A DNA stretch of 64,000 nucleotides from Amoebidium appalachense (GCA_963693365.1 CAVNZM010000010.1:7441794-7505793); one strand, 5' to 3'; numbered from the stretch's first letter, positions 1 to 9,503 are shown. The notes: generated by a model from the letters alone, not told the origin. A program made the numbers and translations.

Positions 1-586
1 TGTTTATCTGAGAGGTAGCGTGATTGGCTAGCCTCACTCGTTGTCTTTCCTTTATTTCAAAATGGCTTAGTTTTGTTCTCAAAAGGATGGCTCGCCAATA
101 GTCGCGAGCGAGTACATCTGTAGATCGTGTTGTGCATTCCTGTCTGTTAATATATGTGTGTTGTGATTGGACAATAGATATATATGGAATTCGGTTTATT
201 GCAAAGTGTCTTCACTTTGAGAGTGTCGACTTTTAGGAAATATATGTATTTAAATAAGTTTCTTTATAGAGACGAACATAAATATATATGTGAGTTAATA
301 GTAGTGACTAGATGTATAATTACTTAATTTATTTAAGTAAGAGTTTCTACACTTTAGTTTAATCGGAAGTTGGAATGCGTATGCTCTGTCGGAATGTGTT
401 TTTCTATCTTCTGATAGAACCGATTGGTTCTCCCTCTTTAGTTGTGATAAGGTGATAAGTCGCAAGTACAAAAGGAACCGAGAGCACAATAAAGAATCAG
501 TTGTTGTTTGAAATCTTTCAATGTCTCGTGAACAACTCCGATTGCCCTCTCATTAATGTGTTAGTCGTGTTTTACATGACACCTCT
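1..586 (+). repeat. Host interspersed AT-rich repeat (viral insertion target)
   Basis: Near-identical to 43625-44207. Confidence 0.92.
582..586 (+). repeat. 5-bp target-site duplication CCTCT, left copy
   Basis: CCTCT abuts both TIRs; the empty site at 44203-44207 has a single CCTCT (…CATGACA-CCTCT-GTGCACTCTG…). Confidence 0.93.
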
Positions 587-816
587 ACTACAATAAGGGT
601 CTCATTTCCGTGCTTTGTCTCCCGGGACAGAGGGGTCGCGGCTCGTGTATTTGTCCTTATACGGATTTTGATTGGCTGCCCGGTGGCTTACGGGCCATGC
701 CTGCCGGTACAGGGCCGGCTGGGCCGGGCCAGGGGCACATATGTGCACTGGAGCTGTTAGCTGGCGGTGCGGGCCGGACCGGCCCACTGTGCACGTGTGG
801 GTGTACCTGCACGTGT
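587..816 (+). repeat. Left terminal inverted repeat (230 bp)
   Basis: Reverse complement of 39941-40169; by eye one substitution and one 1-bp indel. Confidence 0.97.
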
Positions 817-1170
817 TGTGCAATATTAATTTTAACAAGAATAATTGAAGGGATGAAAAAAAAACATGGAGAACATGCATGTGTACACGTATTAATGATA
901 CCAACTAGTCTGTATACATGTACATATACATGTACGTGCCTGGCGCACGTGCTGGAAACTTCTTTGAATAGCCTAGGAAAAGCCGTCCCAAAGCCCTAAG
1001 CCGCCGTGGGAATAGAAAAGAAAATAAAGAAAACAGCAGAATGCCGCGGAAAGCCACGGCGAAACCGCAAAGGCTTTCCAGAAACCGTGTACGAAGCCAG
1101 TGTATACGTAAACAAAGCCACTTCGCGAATTCGAAGTGCTGATTCAAAAAAATTTGGACCCGCGCGTTCC

Positions 1171-1325
1171 GATTGGTGGACCTAAATTTAAGCTGTACCC
1201 TATTGGTCAAAAACGCACCGCGAAGAATGTTTCCATCGGTGTCGCGAGTGTACATGTGGCAGCGAACCGGCCATGACCGTCTTTTCCAGATGGTCATGGA
1301 CCCGGCGAAAGAAAACTATATAAGC
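1171..1325 (+). promoter_or_regulatory. Putative Pol II-type promoter (two ATTGG/CCAAT boxes + TATA) of the leftmost viral gene
   Basis: ATTGGTGGACCTAAA, CCTATTGGTCAAAAACGCACCGCG and AAAACTATATAA; the same three blocks recur inverted at 39626-39777. Confidence 0.6.
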
Positions 1326-1366
1326 AGCCTCACCGGTCACTTCTTTCACCACCTGCAAGCATCCAA

Positions 1367-2308
1367 ATGCAAAGCGAAAGCTCTGTACACATCTACACCT
1401 CCATCTACTTCTACCCTCCTTCACAAACCAACCATGAAGCCCGCCACCAGCAAGACTTCCGCCGTGCCAAGGGCGCCGGGCAAGACAAAGAAAACAAGCT
1501 TCCTCCTCCACTCAAGCCCATCAACCCCAACATCACCACCAGCACCAAGATGACCGTCGCCGGGATTCCTAACCGGGTGTGGCTGGGCCGTGTCACCAAC
1601 AAGGCCAGCTACAGCGCCGTGTACATCCTCAGCAAGCACATCTTTGAGACCGAAGATGAGATGGTGCTGGAAAACACCAACTTCAACGCCCTCCGCATCA
1701 AGAGCGACAAAGCCACCATCGGCCAGTGCCGCCTCCTTGCTTCCCTGCACACGGCCCTTCTCAACATCCCCCCTGCTGTGATCCGCAAGGCCCAGGCCGT
1801 ACACGGCTTCCTCAGGGACGGTGTAGACCTGAACACCGTGCGCACCACCACCCCTGCCGTGTGGAGCAGTCAGTGGGAGGAGGGCATGTCTGCTGCATTG
1901 GGCGCGGATCCCGTCACAGGTGAAGAGGTCCTGGACAACCTGGACGGCGGGGGCTTCAACATCACCATGGACTGGCCCTACAAGAGCGATGATGTCGTGA
2001 TCCTGCTCAACAAGAACCACATCACCAAGGACCAGTACAGCAAGATCCTTGTGGACGCCAACAGCGGCAAGAAGGTGTACGGCCACGTTACGTTTGCTCT
2101 TACTGGTGTGATCTATTCTGTTCTGAATGCCACTGTGCGTGCAAAGCTAGAAGTTAGAAGGATTGAGATGTGGAATGAAGATGCTAGTATGTATGAACAA
2201 AACCAGCCCGATGAGTATGCTCTTGAGACTCTGAAGAGGGCCGGGAGCCCCTATCCGTTCACTGATGCCCCGGCTGGGGAAAGCACCCCTAAGAAACGCA
2301 AGATGTGA
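1367..2308 (+). CDS. Viral protein with C-terminal NLS (PKKRKM); possible ssDNA-binding protein; start uncertain (1367/1434/1550)
   Basis: 313-aa ORF with strong C/G third-position bias from ~1550; beta-strand-like C-terminus (VTFALTGVIYS…AKLEVRRIEM). Function is inference. Confidence 0.75.
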   Translation: MQSESSVHIYTSIYFYPPSQTNHEARHQQDFRRAKGAGQDKENKLPPPLKPINPNITTSTKMTVAGIPNRVWLGRVTNKASYSAVYILSKHIFETEDEMVLENTNFNALRIKSDKATIGQCRLLASLHTALLNIPPAVIRKAQAVHGFLRDGVDLNTVRTTTPAVWSSQWEEGMSAALGADPVTGEEVLDNLDGGGFNITMDWPYKSDDVVILLNKNHITKDQYSKILVDANSGKKVYGHVTFALTGVIYSVLNATVRAKLEVRRIEMWNEDASMYEQNQPDEYALETLKRAGSPYPFTDAPAGESTPKKRKM

Positions 2309-2813
2309 GGAGGGAGATTGAGGGGAGGGGAGGGGTACGAATAGGAGCAGGCTTTGTGTGTGTGTGTGTGTTAGATGGCCATCTTAGGCCGAAAGTTTTG
2401 TAAATACCGTTTATAAATAAAAGAAAAAAACAACAACAATTCCGTTGAATGCAAGTAACATGCAAGATGCCTAAGTGCCCGTACACGTGTGCACGTGCAT
2501 GCTGTGTTTCTTTTCGTTGTTTTTTTCGTTTTTTTCTTTTTTTACGTGAAGGGGGGGGGGGGAAAGGGGGAAGATGCCTGCATTTGTTTTTTTCGTTTTT
2601 TTGTGTGAGGAGAAGGGGACGGGGGGGGGGGGGGGGGGGAAGTTGTCATGGCACAAGAAGACACAAGACTTATTATTTTATTTCTTTTAAAGGGGAAAAA
2701 AACATAAGTACACACTCTTATATGCAGAGATCCTGTCTCTGCAAAAAAGCTTAAGTTTACAACCGATTATCATAAAGAGATCCTGTCTCAGAAAATACAG
2801 TCTGCTCTCTTTC

Positions 2814-4085
2814 CTAACGGTAGTGATAGTTGTTTCCCCCGATGAAGTCGACAATGTGCATCTTCACACCGAGAGCCTGCATGCGGGTCTTGGGAGTCTT
2901 GGGGATCTGTTGGGGGGAAGGTAGAGAGGAGAGACGATCAACGGGGACGGGAGGGGGAGAAGAGGGGATGTCTAGAGGCTGCAGCGGAGAGAAGGTGAGA
3001 CCACCAACCGTAGAGGGGGGAGGACGAACAGGGGTGGGAGGGATGGGAGGTTGGGGATCAGAAGGGGCATTGCCAAGCAGGGGACAGATCACGTCAAAAA
3101 ACAGAGCACGCTCGTGCTCCTTCTTCCTGCCCACTAGTTCTTCTGCCTTTTTTAGCGCCCTGCACTCAATCTCCGCCTCAATGTGCGCACGAGTATCCAC
3201 CACCTCGTCTTTCCACGTCCATGCCATGACGAAGATGTTGTCGAAACCCGTCTGCTTCGTGTCCGTGATAGCGTAGTCGTGGAGGGTGCACACGGTCTCG
3301 GCAAACATTTGCACCGTCATGGGGGAGAAGAGTTCATATACGTATCCGGTGTGATTGCTGGCATGGAGGGCGCGGTAAAATAGGGCAATGGTGTTGATGA
3401 TGGTGGCCACGTACTTGCTGACCGCAGAGGAATGAGGGCGGAGAGTGGTGGCAGACGACTGGTGGGGTGTGATGCTGGCAAGATCGGCTCGAAGGTCTCC
3501 AATGGCGTTGTAGTTCGCGATAAGCACACTCTTCAACACTGCAAGACGACCGTGGGTGTCGGCGTGGATGCCGTCGGCGCCCGAAGGGTTTTCCCAATCC
3601 CCGCGCGCAAGAAGGTGGGAAGGCACCCCCTCGAACCGGGACAGATGGGCCATGCTCTGCACCATCTGATCGAACGCCATGGCAACTTGTCTGCGTTCCC
3701 AAGTGCCCAGCTTACCGGTTTGGAGAGCAGTGATGATGGGAAGACTGGTTTGCCTGCGGGGATCTGTATCTTCTGTGACCGTGGCGTCGCCGTAAACATA
3801 CTGAAGGGCCAACAGGTGAGAGGTGTGCAGTGAAAACGTAGGGATGTTGAGGTTGAAATCGAAAATATGCGGGTTTTCGGCGAACAAGAAGGTGGGAGGA
3901 TGGTTGAAAAAAGGACGGTCCGGGGAATAGGTGACAGGGGCAAGGCTGATCATGGGAGAAAGCACAATGTTTCTGTTAAGACCACCAGGATTCACAACAT
4001 AGTTATGGTTGGGTTTGGCTCTTGGGATGGAGGAGTTCAATAGGCCTCCTAGGGTAGTATCAGCAAGAAGGGCAAGCATTGACAT
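2814..4085 (-). CDS. Viral hypothetical protein (423 aa, Pro-rich C-terminus)
   Basis: Long ORF, ATG preceded by an A-run, bounded by AT/homopolymer spacers. Confidence 0.75.
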   Translation of the reverse strand: MSMLALLADTTLGGLLNSSIPRAKPNHNYVVNPGGLNRNIVLSPMISLAPVTYSPDRPFFNHPPTFLFAENPHIFDFNLNIPTFSLHTSHLLALQYVYGDATVTEDTDPRRQTSLPIITALQTGKLGTWERRQVAMAFDQMVQSMAHLSRFEGVPSHLLARGDWENPSGADGIHADTHGRLAVLKSVLIANYNAIGDLRADLASITPHQSSATTLRPHSSAVSKYVATIINTIALFYRALHASNHTGYVYELFSPMTVQMFAETVCTLHDYAITDTKQTGFDNIFVMAWTWKDEVVDTRAHIEAEIECRALKKAEELVGRKKEHERALFFDVICPLLGNAPSDPQPPIPPTPVRPPPSTVGGLTFSPLQPLDIPSSPPPVPVDRLSSLPSPQQIPKTPKTRMQALGVKMHIVDFIGGNNYHYR

Positions 4086-4721
4086 TTTTTTTCGTTTCTC
4101 CTGTTCTGTTTTTTTTTAGTGGGGATTGCAAGGAAAGTGAGAGTTTAACTGAGGGAGAAAAGAGAGAAAAGTAGTCGGGAAAAAAAAAAGGAAACGAACA
4201 GTTTATAGAAAATGGAACCGTGTCAATCCAGTCTTACAACGATCGCCCGCCGCGACCAATAGGATCACGTAGATGGCGAAGCAACCCCCCCCCCCCCCCA
4301 AATGCATCGCTTCTCGATTGGCTCACTAGGCTGCTCGAAAGTTTCGTACACACAATGAAGAAAAAAGGAAGGGGAGAAAAAAAAGGGGGGGGGGGGGGAG
4401 GGGGGAAGGGAGGAGTCCACAAATTAATAACATGAACATCCAGGACGCCAGAACATGCTTGTTCGTAGGGAAAAAAAACGTAAACAGAGACCATTTATTG
4501 AGTCCAGTCTTGGATGTTGTTTCTCAGGAATTTCCAGTGTGCCAAAACGCGGCGCCATTGGTTACATATCAGGACAGGTATGGACGAATCTGAAATAGTA
4601 GCCATATAAGGCAAGACCAAAGTCAGATACGGCCAGCCGCCGTACGTCCCGACTCCCGACATGTGTGCACCGAACGTGATGACGATCACGGGGTTTCTAG
4701 TCTCGAGTCAGAAAAAAAGAA

Positions 4722-5417
4722 ATGGCTTGCTTCAGTGAAGATTGGATAGATGCAACGCAGCGTAGTGTGATGGAGACTCGGATGGCCAATGATGGGGGCC
4801 CCCTCACGGCCATAGTGGTATGCCCAGGCCTAGGGATGCATACACTAGTCAGACAGGCAAACACCATAGCTGCAGGCACAATCAGAATCCTCAATGAACC
4901 ACAAGTGTTCGCAGCATTGCGCGCGCAGATCACACAGAGATTCCAAGATCAGTTGGAAAACGGCATGTTGGCGGAGATAGAAACGTGTGGGCTTTCACGT
5001 GAGCAGGCCATGGCCCTGCTTGGCGAGAGGCGTGTGGACGAGAGGGACCCCGGCGCGCTCACACGCATTCAACTGGTGCAAGATCACCTGCGCACCCTAC
5101 CCCATTTCAACATGAGGGTGGGGAAGGTGGAGGAAGCGCTGGTGTTTCTGGATGGAGGGGCCATGTTTAACGCGTACGAGACCATGTACGGCAACGGGCC
5201 CACAGTGGCCGTCCCGTTCGTGCGACTGACGCCGCCTGCCACCAGCCATGCCGCGACCGATGTATGTATCCCTGCGCGTGACTTTGTCACGGCCACTCTT
5301 CCCCACCCAACGAACGGGGTGTGTGGGAAACGGATCAGATCCTCGAGCAGGTGCAATGCAGCCGGCACGGTCCTATTCGAAACTGCAACCTGTCTGCATG
5401 CGGTGGTTACATCATGA
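4722..5417 (+). CDS. Viral hypothetical protein (231 aa)
   Basis: ORF preceded by an A-rich leader (GAAAAAAAGAAATG). Confidence 0.7.
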   Translation: MACFSEDWIDATQRSVMETRMANDGGPLTAIVVCPGLGMHTLVRQANTIAAGTIRILNEPQVFAALRAQITQRFQDQLENGMLAEIETCGLSREQAMALLGERRVDERDPGALTRIQLVQDHLRTLPHFNMRVGKVEEALVFLDGGAMFNAYETMYGNGPTVAVPFVRLTPPATSHAATDVCIPARDFVTATLPHPTNGVCGKRIRSSSRCNAAGTVLFETATCLHAVVTS

Positions 5418-5668
5418 TGATGTACACGTGCAGACAGGCGAGATGTTGGCTGACGGCTACGGCTCTTTTTGCGCAGGGAAAAGTGAAGCGCACGTTCGGC
5501 AAAGCCCCACTGGCTACCATCACCACAGAGCCAGACGGCGAATACACGGAGATGGATCTGCACGACGTGGATCTTTGGCACGGCAGGTTGGGCCACGACG
5601 AGTTTGTCTTGGACAGAATGTGCAAGTGCCACATGCCCAAGCCTAATGGTGTACATAAGCATTGGTAG
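5414..5668 (+). CDS. Small His/Cys protein (LWHGRLGH…CKCH)
   Basis: ATG at 5414 overlaps the upstream stop (ATGA); part of track ORF 5321..5668. Confidence 0.5.
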   Translation: MMMYTCRQARCWLTATALFAQGKVKRTFGKAPLATITTEPDGEYTEMDLHDVDLWHGRLGHDEFVLDRMCKCHMPKPNGVHKHW

Positions 5669-5764
5669 TTGGTGGGGAGGGGGGAGGGGGAGGGGGGGGG
5701 GGGTGCATGTCTTTAGGGAGATGCATGTACATGTTTTTTTTCTCATTTTTTCGTGTGTGTGTGT

Positions 5765-5808
<44 letters not shown>

Positions 5809-5819
5809 TATTTGAACAT

Positions 5820-6461
5820 CTACCACTTCACTTTAACAATGTTAGGTGGCTGCGCGGGCGGCCAGAAATACGAGTGTGCACCTGTGGTGTTGTAGTTACC
5901 CATGCCCCCGGTTCCAAAGGTTGCACTTGTGCCGTTTTTCAGAGTCACCAAACCGCTAGTCCCCGTCCCCCATGGCTTACCACCCACGTACACTTGCGCA
6001 CCCCCTGTCCCCCCTCCGTTCCACTCATAGGAAGGCTTGGTGGGTCTGCTGCTACCACTGGGACTCCCTAGATAGTTCTTTACACCGTTAAGGGCATAAT
6101 TTCCCGTCTCCCTGGTGATGTTTTTTAGCCCCCTCCACCCACTGCTTGCGCCACCCTGCACTCCATCAGCCACGCTGGATGCCACACGTTTGCCCCCGCT
6201 CAATGCCATGTTCCCCACCGCCCTTGCTCCCCCCTTGAGCCCCTGCCACGCTGCACCCCCTGCTTCCCCTGCCCTCTCAGCCGCATAGTTGCCCATGGCA
6301 CGTGCCATGTCCCCCTTGTGCTTCCACGCATAGTACCCCCCTGCACCCAAGGCCACACCCCCTGCCAATGGCCCCACCCATTTTGCCACCTCTGCCCCAC
6401 GGTTCTCGTTCTGCACGTAAATGACCCTAGGTCCCTCCTTCCGGTTTGTGCCTATTCCCAT
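5820..6461 (-). CDS. Gly-rich amphipathic protein with hydrophobic N-terminal segment; candidate virion membrane-active protein
   Basis: MGIGTN… start; WVGPLAGGVALGAGGYYAW segment; repeated W-x-G-L-K helices. Confidence 0.7.
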   Translation of the reverse strand: MGIGTNRKEGPRVIYVQNENRGAEVAKWVGPLAGGVALGAGGYYAWKHKGDMARAMGNYAAERAGEAGGAAWQGLKGGARAVGNMALSGGKRVASSVADGVQGGASSGWRGLKNITRETGNYALNGVKNYLGSPSGSSRPTKPSYEWNGGGTGGAQVYVGGKPWGTGTSGLVTLKNGTSATFGTGGMGNYNTTGAHSYFWPPAQPPNIVKVKW

Positions 6462-6501
6462 GGTGTTATAGTATACATACATGCCACATTATTTTTTATT
6501 G

Positions 6502-6744
6502 TCAAAGCCTGTTCAGTGCGTGCTTGGCGGCTGAAAAGAAGGGGACGTGTTGCCCCGCAGATCCTGCTTGATTGATGGGCCTGAGGTAGGGAGGGTGGCG
6601 GGTACCGCTAGGACAGATCTTTTCAGCCAACGAGTGGCTCATGGCTTCCAGGCCATAATAGGAAATGTCTGTCTGGGCGGCATTCTGCGCGCGGGCCGTG
6701 ATGGGCAAAAACTGGTCGTTCACGGCAGTATAGTAGGCAGCCAT
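6502..6744 (-). CDS. Viral hypothetical protein (80 aa)
   Basis: Short ORF between AT-rich spacers, co-oriented with its neighbours. Confidence 0.5.
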   Translation of the reverse strand: MAAYYTAVNDQFLPITARAQNAAQTDISYYGLEAMSHSLAEKICPSGTRHPPYLRPINQAGSAGQHVPFFSAAKHALNRL

Positions 6745-6778
6745 GTTTTATTAGAGTATACACATTTTTTTTGTTTGT

Positions 6779-7309
6779 TTAAATCACAAGCTTCTGTTTG
6801 CGGGGATTGGGAGGGTGGGGATCCCAACTCACTACACGTGGCCCGCCCACCCCTTGCTTCTCTGTAAACAGTGCCAGGCACACCCCCTCGGGGCACGGCC
6901 TATCAAACCCCTCATACCGCAATCTACCCCGTACGATCCTTATCTCATTAGCATGTTTGAACAGCAAATCATGAAACCACCGGGTTTCGGTTCTAGCAGG
7001 TACCAACATCACTGTTTTCTTGCCCATGGTGCGCGCCAGCTCAATGGCACGCCTAAGAAACGGTTCAATGGTGAGGAAAGGTGGGTTGATGTAGTTGACT
7101 TGCGTGTCTGAAAACACCGTGTCATTGGTGAGCGCGTTGGGGCTCTTCCCCTCCACATAATCAATGGGGCACGGGTCAGTCAATGGTCCGAACTCGGCGG
7201 TGAGCGTGTCCAACAGCCAGGCCGGTGTCTGCACCTCATCCGTGTCCACCCCCTCCCTCCTCTTTTTGGTGGTGACGGCATACACATGGCTTACGGATCC
7301 CAAACCCAT
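6779..7309 (-). CDS. Phage Dam-type DNA N6-adenine methyltransferase
   Basis: DEVQTP…DPCP…YINPPF (motif IV)…MLVPARTETRWFH…EIRIVRGRL, typical of the small phage N6A-MTase family. Confidence 0.9.
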   Translation of the reverse strand: MGLGSVSHVYAVTTKKRREGVDTDEVQTPAWLLDTLTAEFGPLTDPCPIDYVEGKSPNALTNDTVFSDTQVNYINPPFLTIEPFLRRAIELARTMGKKTVMLVPARTETRWFHDLLFKHANEIRIVRGRLRYEGFDRPCPEGVCLALFTEKQGVGGPRVVSWDPHPPNPRKQKLVI

Positions 7310-7369
7310 GGTGGGCCGCCCCTATACTCCACGCAGCACAAAAATTCAATTTGGTGCCACGGCTTTAAA

Positions 7370-7400
<31 letters not shown>

Positions 7401-7409
7401 GATTAATTT

Positions 7410-8888
7410 CTACTGTGGCCACATGGCCACATCCAAAGTGGGTAACTGGCCAGATGGCCACTTCCCGGTTGGCCACATCTTCATCTCCTCCCGTGGCGCC
7501 GCCCGCCTTGCGCCGCGGAGCTCAGGTGTTCGGCCTGCTTTTCGTAGTAAAGCCCCCTCCTGACCCTTTCCTTCCTCGCCCTCTTGTCTGCGCGCGTGTG
7601 CGCGGCCCCAGGTTCCTTGCCGGCATACTCCAGCCCCTGCTGGACCGCCTCCTTCATCGTGCCTTTGCGCCCAGCTTTCATACCCTGACTGTGAGGCACG
7701 GACATGCTGGACTCCGCCACCTTCGGGCCAGGCATACTCGACACCTGGCGGCTTGTGCGGCCGAAGCTGAATGGGGTCCGAGTGTGGCTTCTTGAGCAGC
7801 CAGCCGCTCTTGTCCTTGTACGCCAGCTGCCACACGCCCTTGGACCAGTTGCGCCCTTCCTTCTCAAACGCTCCCTTGGGCTTCTTGAGCGCCCGCACGT
7901 ACGTGTCCCTTGTGTGTCCCATTCGGGTGGTCAGTACCTGCTTCTGCTTCCGGTTCTTAATCCAAGTGAGGATGGAATTCCACCGCTCCAGTCTCTGGTT
8001 CATTTCGTTGGGCGGTCTCCCTATGGCCCCGTGGTACGAGTCGTTGTAGTCCTCCACCACGTCGTCCAGGCCCCACGTCCACGCACCCGTGTCGTGCGTC
8101 TCCATGTATTGGTTCAAGCCGTGTTTGAGCGTACGGTGGAAGCGTTCTACCACCGCCACATTCCTGGGTTTCCTGCCCGTCTTTTGTGGCTCCATGTATT
8201 GGTTCAAGCCGTGTTTGAGCGTACGGTGGAAGCGTTCTACCACCGCCACATTCCTGGGTTTCCTGCCCGTCTTTTGTGGCAGAAGAAGGATGTCTTTGTC
8301 CCTAAAGTACTTTTTCATGTCCCCGCTCGTAAATTCGTTGCCTTGGTCGGTGAACACCTGCTTCACGGCCGTCCCGACGTCGGGGTCGGGCTCCAGCCCC
8401 CTCTCACGGTTTGACTCGTCTTTTAATGCCTGGATCGTATCGAGCGCTTTCCCCATGGCCCTCTTCATCACGCTCGTGTCCACCGTGTACCTACCCGTGT
8501 CCTTGGACTTCTTGCTGGTTATGGGCACTACGGCCGCCTGACGTGTGTTCATGTCGACCACGCTGAGCCCGCCCTTGTATTTGCGCTTACCGTGGGGGGT
8601 GACTGGGTTGGCTGCCACGTACTTGGGCATGAAAAACAGGTCCACACCCACGCTGTTGGGGCGGGCCGTGGTCGTGAGAAAGTCCTTCCTGTCGATCTTG
8701 TGTGGTGCGTACACCTCTTTGAGCGAGGCCACCTCGCCCGGCAGGTGCCGTTTCAAATAGTCCTGCGCTTGCTTCAGCGTGGCGCCCTTTGCGCGGTAAC
8801 GGAGCGCTTGCGCGCTGGGCGGGTTCTTGAATGAGTGGTAGGCAGAGGCCAGCTCCTGCTCGGTCACCCTACGGGTCGGCTTCTTCAT
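7410..8888 (-). CDS. int: Retroviral-like (rve, DDE) integrase; 30-aa internal duplication; C-terminus possibly frameshifted (alternative end 7481)
   Basis: VDLFFM…VVDMNTR…VFTDQGNEF…VVERFHRTLK…YNDSYHGAIGRPP. Confidence 0.92.
   Translation of the reverse strand: MKKPTRRVTEQELASAYHSFKNPPSAQALRYRAKGATLKQAQDYLKRHLPGEVASLKEVYAPHKIDRKDFLTTTARPNSVGVDLFFMPKYVAANPVTPHGKRKYKGGLSVVDMNTRQAAVVPITSKKSKDTGRYTVDTSVMKRAMGKALDTIQALKDESNRERGLEPDPDVGTAVKQVFTDQGNEFTSGDMKKYFRDKDILLLPQKTGRKPRNVAVVERFHRTLKHGLNQYMEPQKTGRKPRNVAVVERFHRTLKHGLNQYMETHDTGAWTWGLDDVVEDYNDSYHGAIGRPPNEMNQRLERWNSILTWIKNRKQKQVLTTRMGHTRDTYVRALKKPKGAFEKEGRNWSKGVWQLAYKDKSGWLLKKPHSDPIQLRPHKPPGVEYAWPEGGGVQHVRASQSGYESWAQRHDEGGGPAGAGVCRQGTWGRAHARRQEGEEGKGQEGALLRKAGRTPELRGARRAAPREEMKMWPTGKWPSGQLPTLDVAMWPQ
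8101..8280. repeat. Perfect 90-bp tandem duplication inside the integrase
   Basis: 8101-8190 equals 8191-8280. Confidence 0.97.
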
Positions 8889-9315
8889 GGTCTGCCTTGT
8901 TACCTATCGACTCCCTTTTTTTCTTTTCCTTCCCGTCACGCTTCAAGTTCTTTTTCTTTCTGGGAGGGGGAGGAGCTTGCAGCTTTATCGGGTGGTCTGG
9001 AATGAGGTTGGGCGCCGTCACGGTGTGAAGCTCGTTCAGGGGTACAAATTCCAAGTGGCCAACTTGAAGTGGCCCTTGGGTCACGGAATCCGAGTCCGGC
9101 GGGAAGAACTCGAGGGGAGGGGTGGCTATGGGCGACATGAGAGCCGGCCTGGGGGTGTCTGGCCACTTCAAGTTCGAGTTGCCCGTGAGGGCTTGGACTT
9201 CGTTGCTCACCATTTTGGCTACTGTTTCCTGCAGCCATTGCAGGTCAACTTCGGCCGGTGACCACGTGAGGCCTTTCTTACCGTACAGCAGCACCTCCCC
9301 CTCCTTGGGGGGCAC
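8869..9315 (-). CDS. Viral hypothetical protein with basic NLS-like tail (148 aa)
   Basis: ORF overlapping the integrase start; PPPRKKKNLKRDGKEKKKR. Confidence 0.6.
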   Translation of the reverse strand: MPPKEGEVLLYGKKGLTWSPAEVDLQWLQETVAKMVSNEVQALTGNSNLKWPDTPRPALMSPIATPPLEFFPPDSDSVTQGPLQVGHLEFVPLNELHTVTAPNLIPDHPIKLQAPPPPRKKKNLKRDGKEKKKRESIGNKADHEEADP

Positions 9316-9503
9316 GGAGGGAAGCTCGATGAGATAGCCCTCCGTGTTCGGAGTTGCTGTGCGCCCTCACGCTCACGCACTTATTTGAGCGAGCAATCAG
9401 ATTCAAAACGCCTGTGTTGGTGGAGGTCATTCTGACTCTGTTTATTATTACCGCGCACATTTTTTTGTCCGCGCATGTTTGAACTAGAGAACCGTTCTGA
9501 ATC

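Noticed and set aside
602-1297. ORFs within the left TIR and subterminal region (and their mirror images at 39754-40283)
   Set aside because: They overlap TIR and promoter sequence, differ in frame between the two TIRs, and lack coding bias.
4800-4850. IVVCPGLGMHTL resembling a Walker A motif in ORF 4722..5417
   Set aside because: It lacks the catalytic Lys-Thr/Ser and has no convincing Walker B; too weak to call an NTPase.
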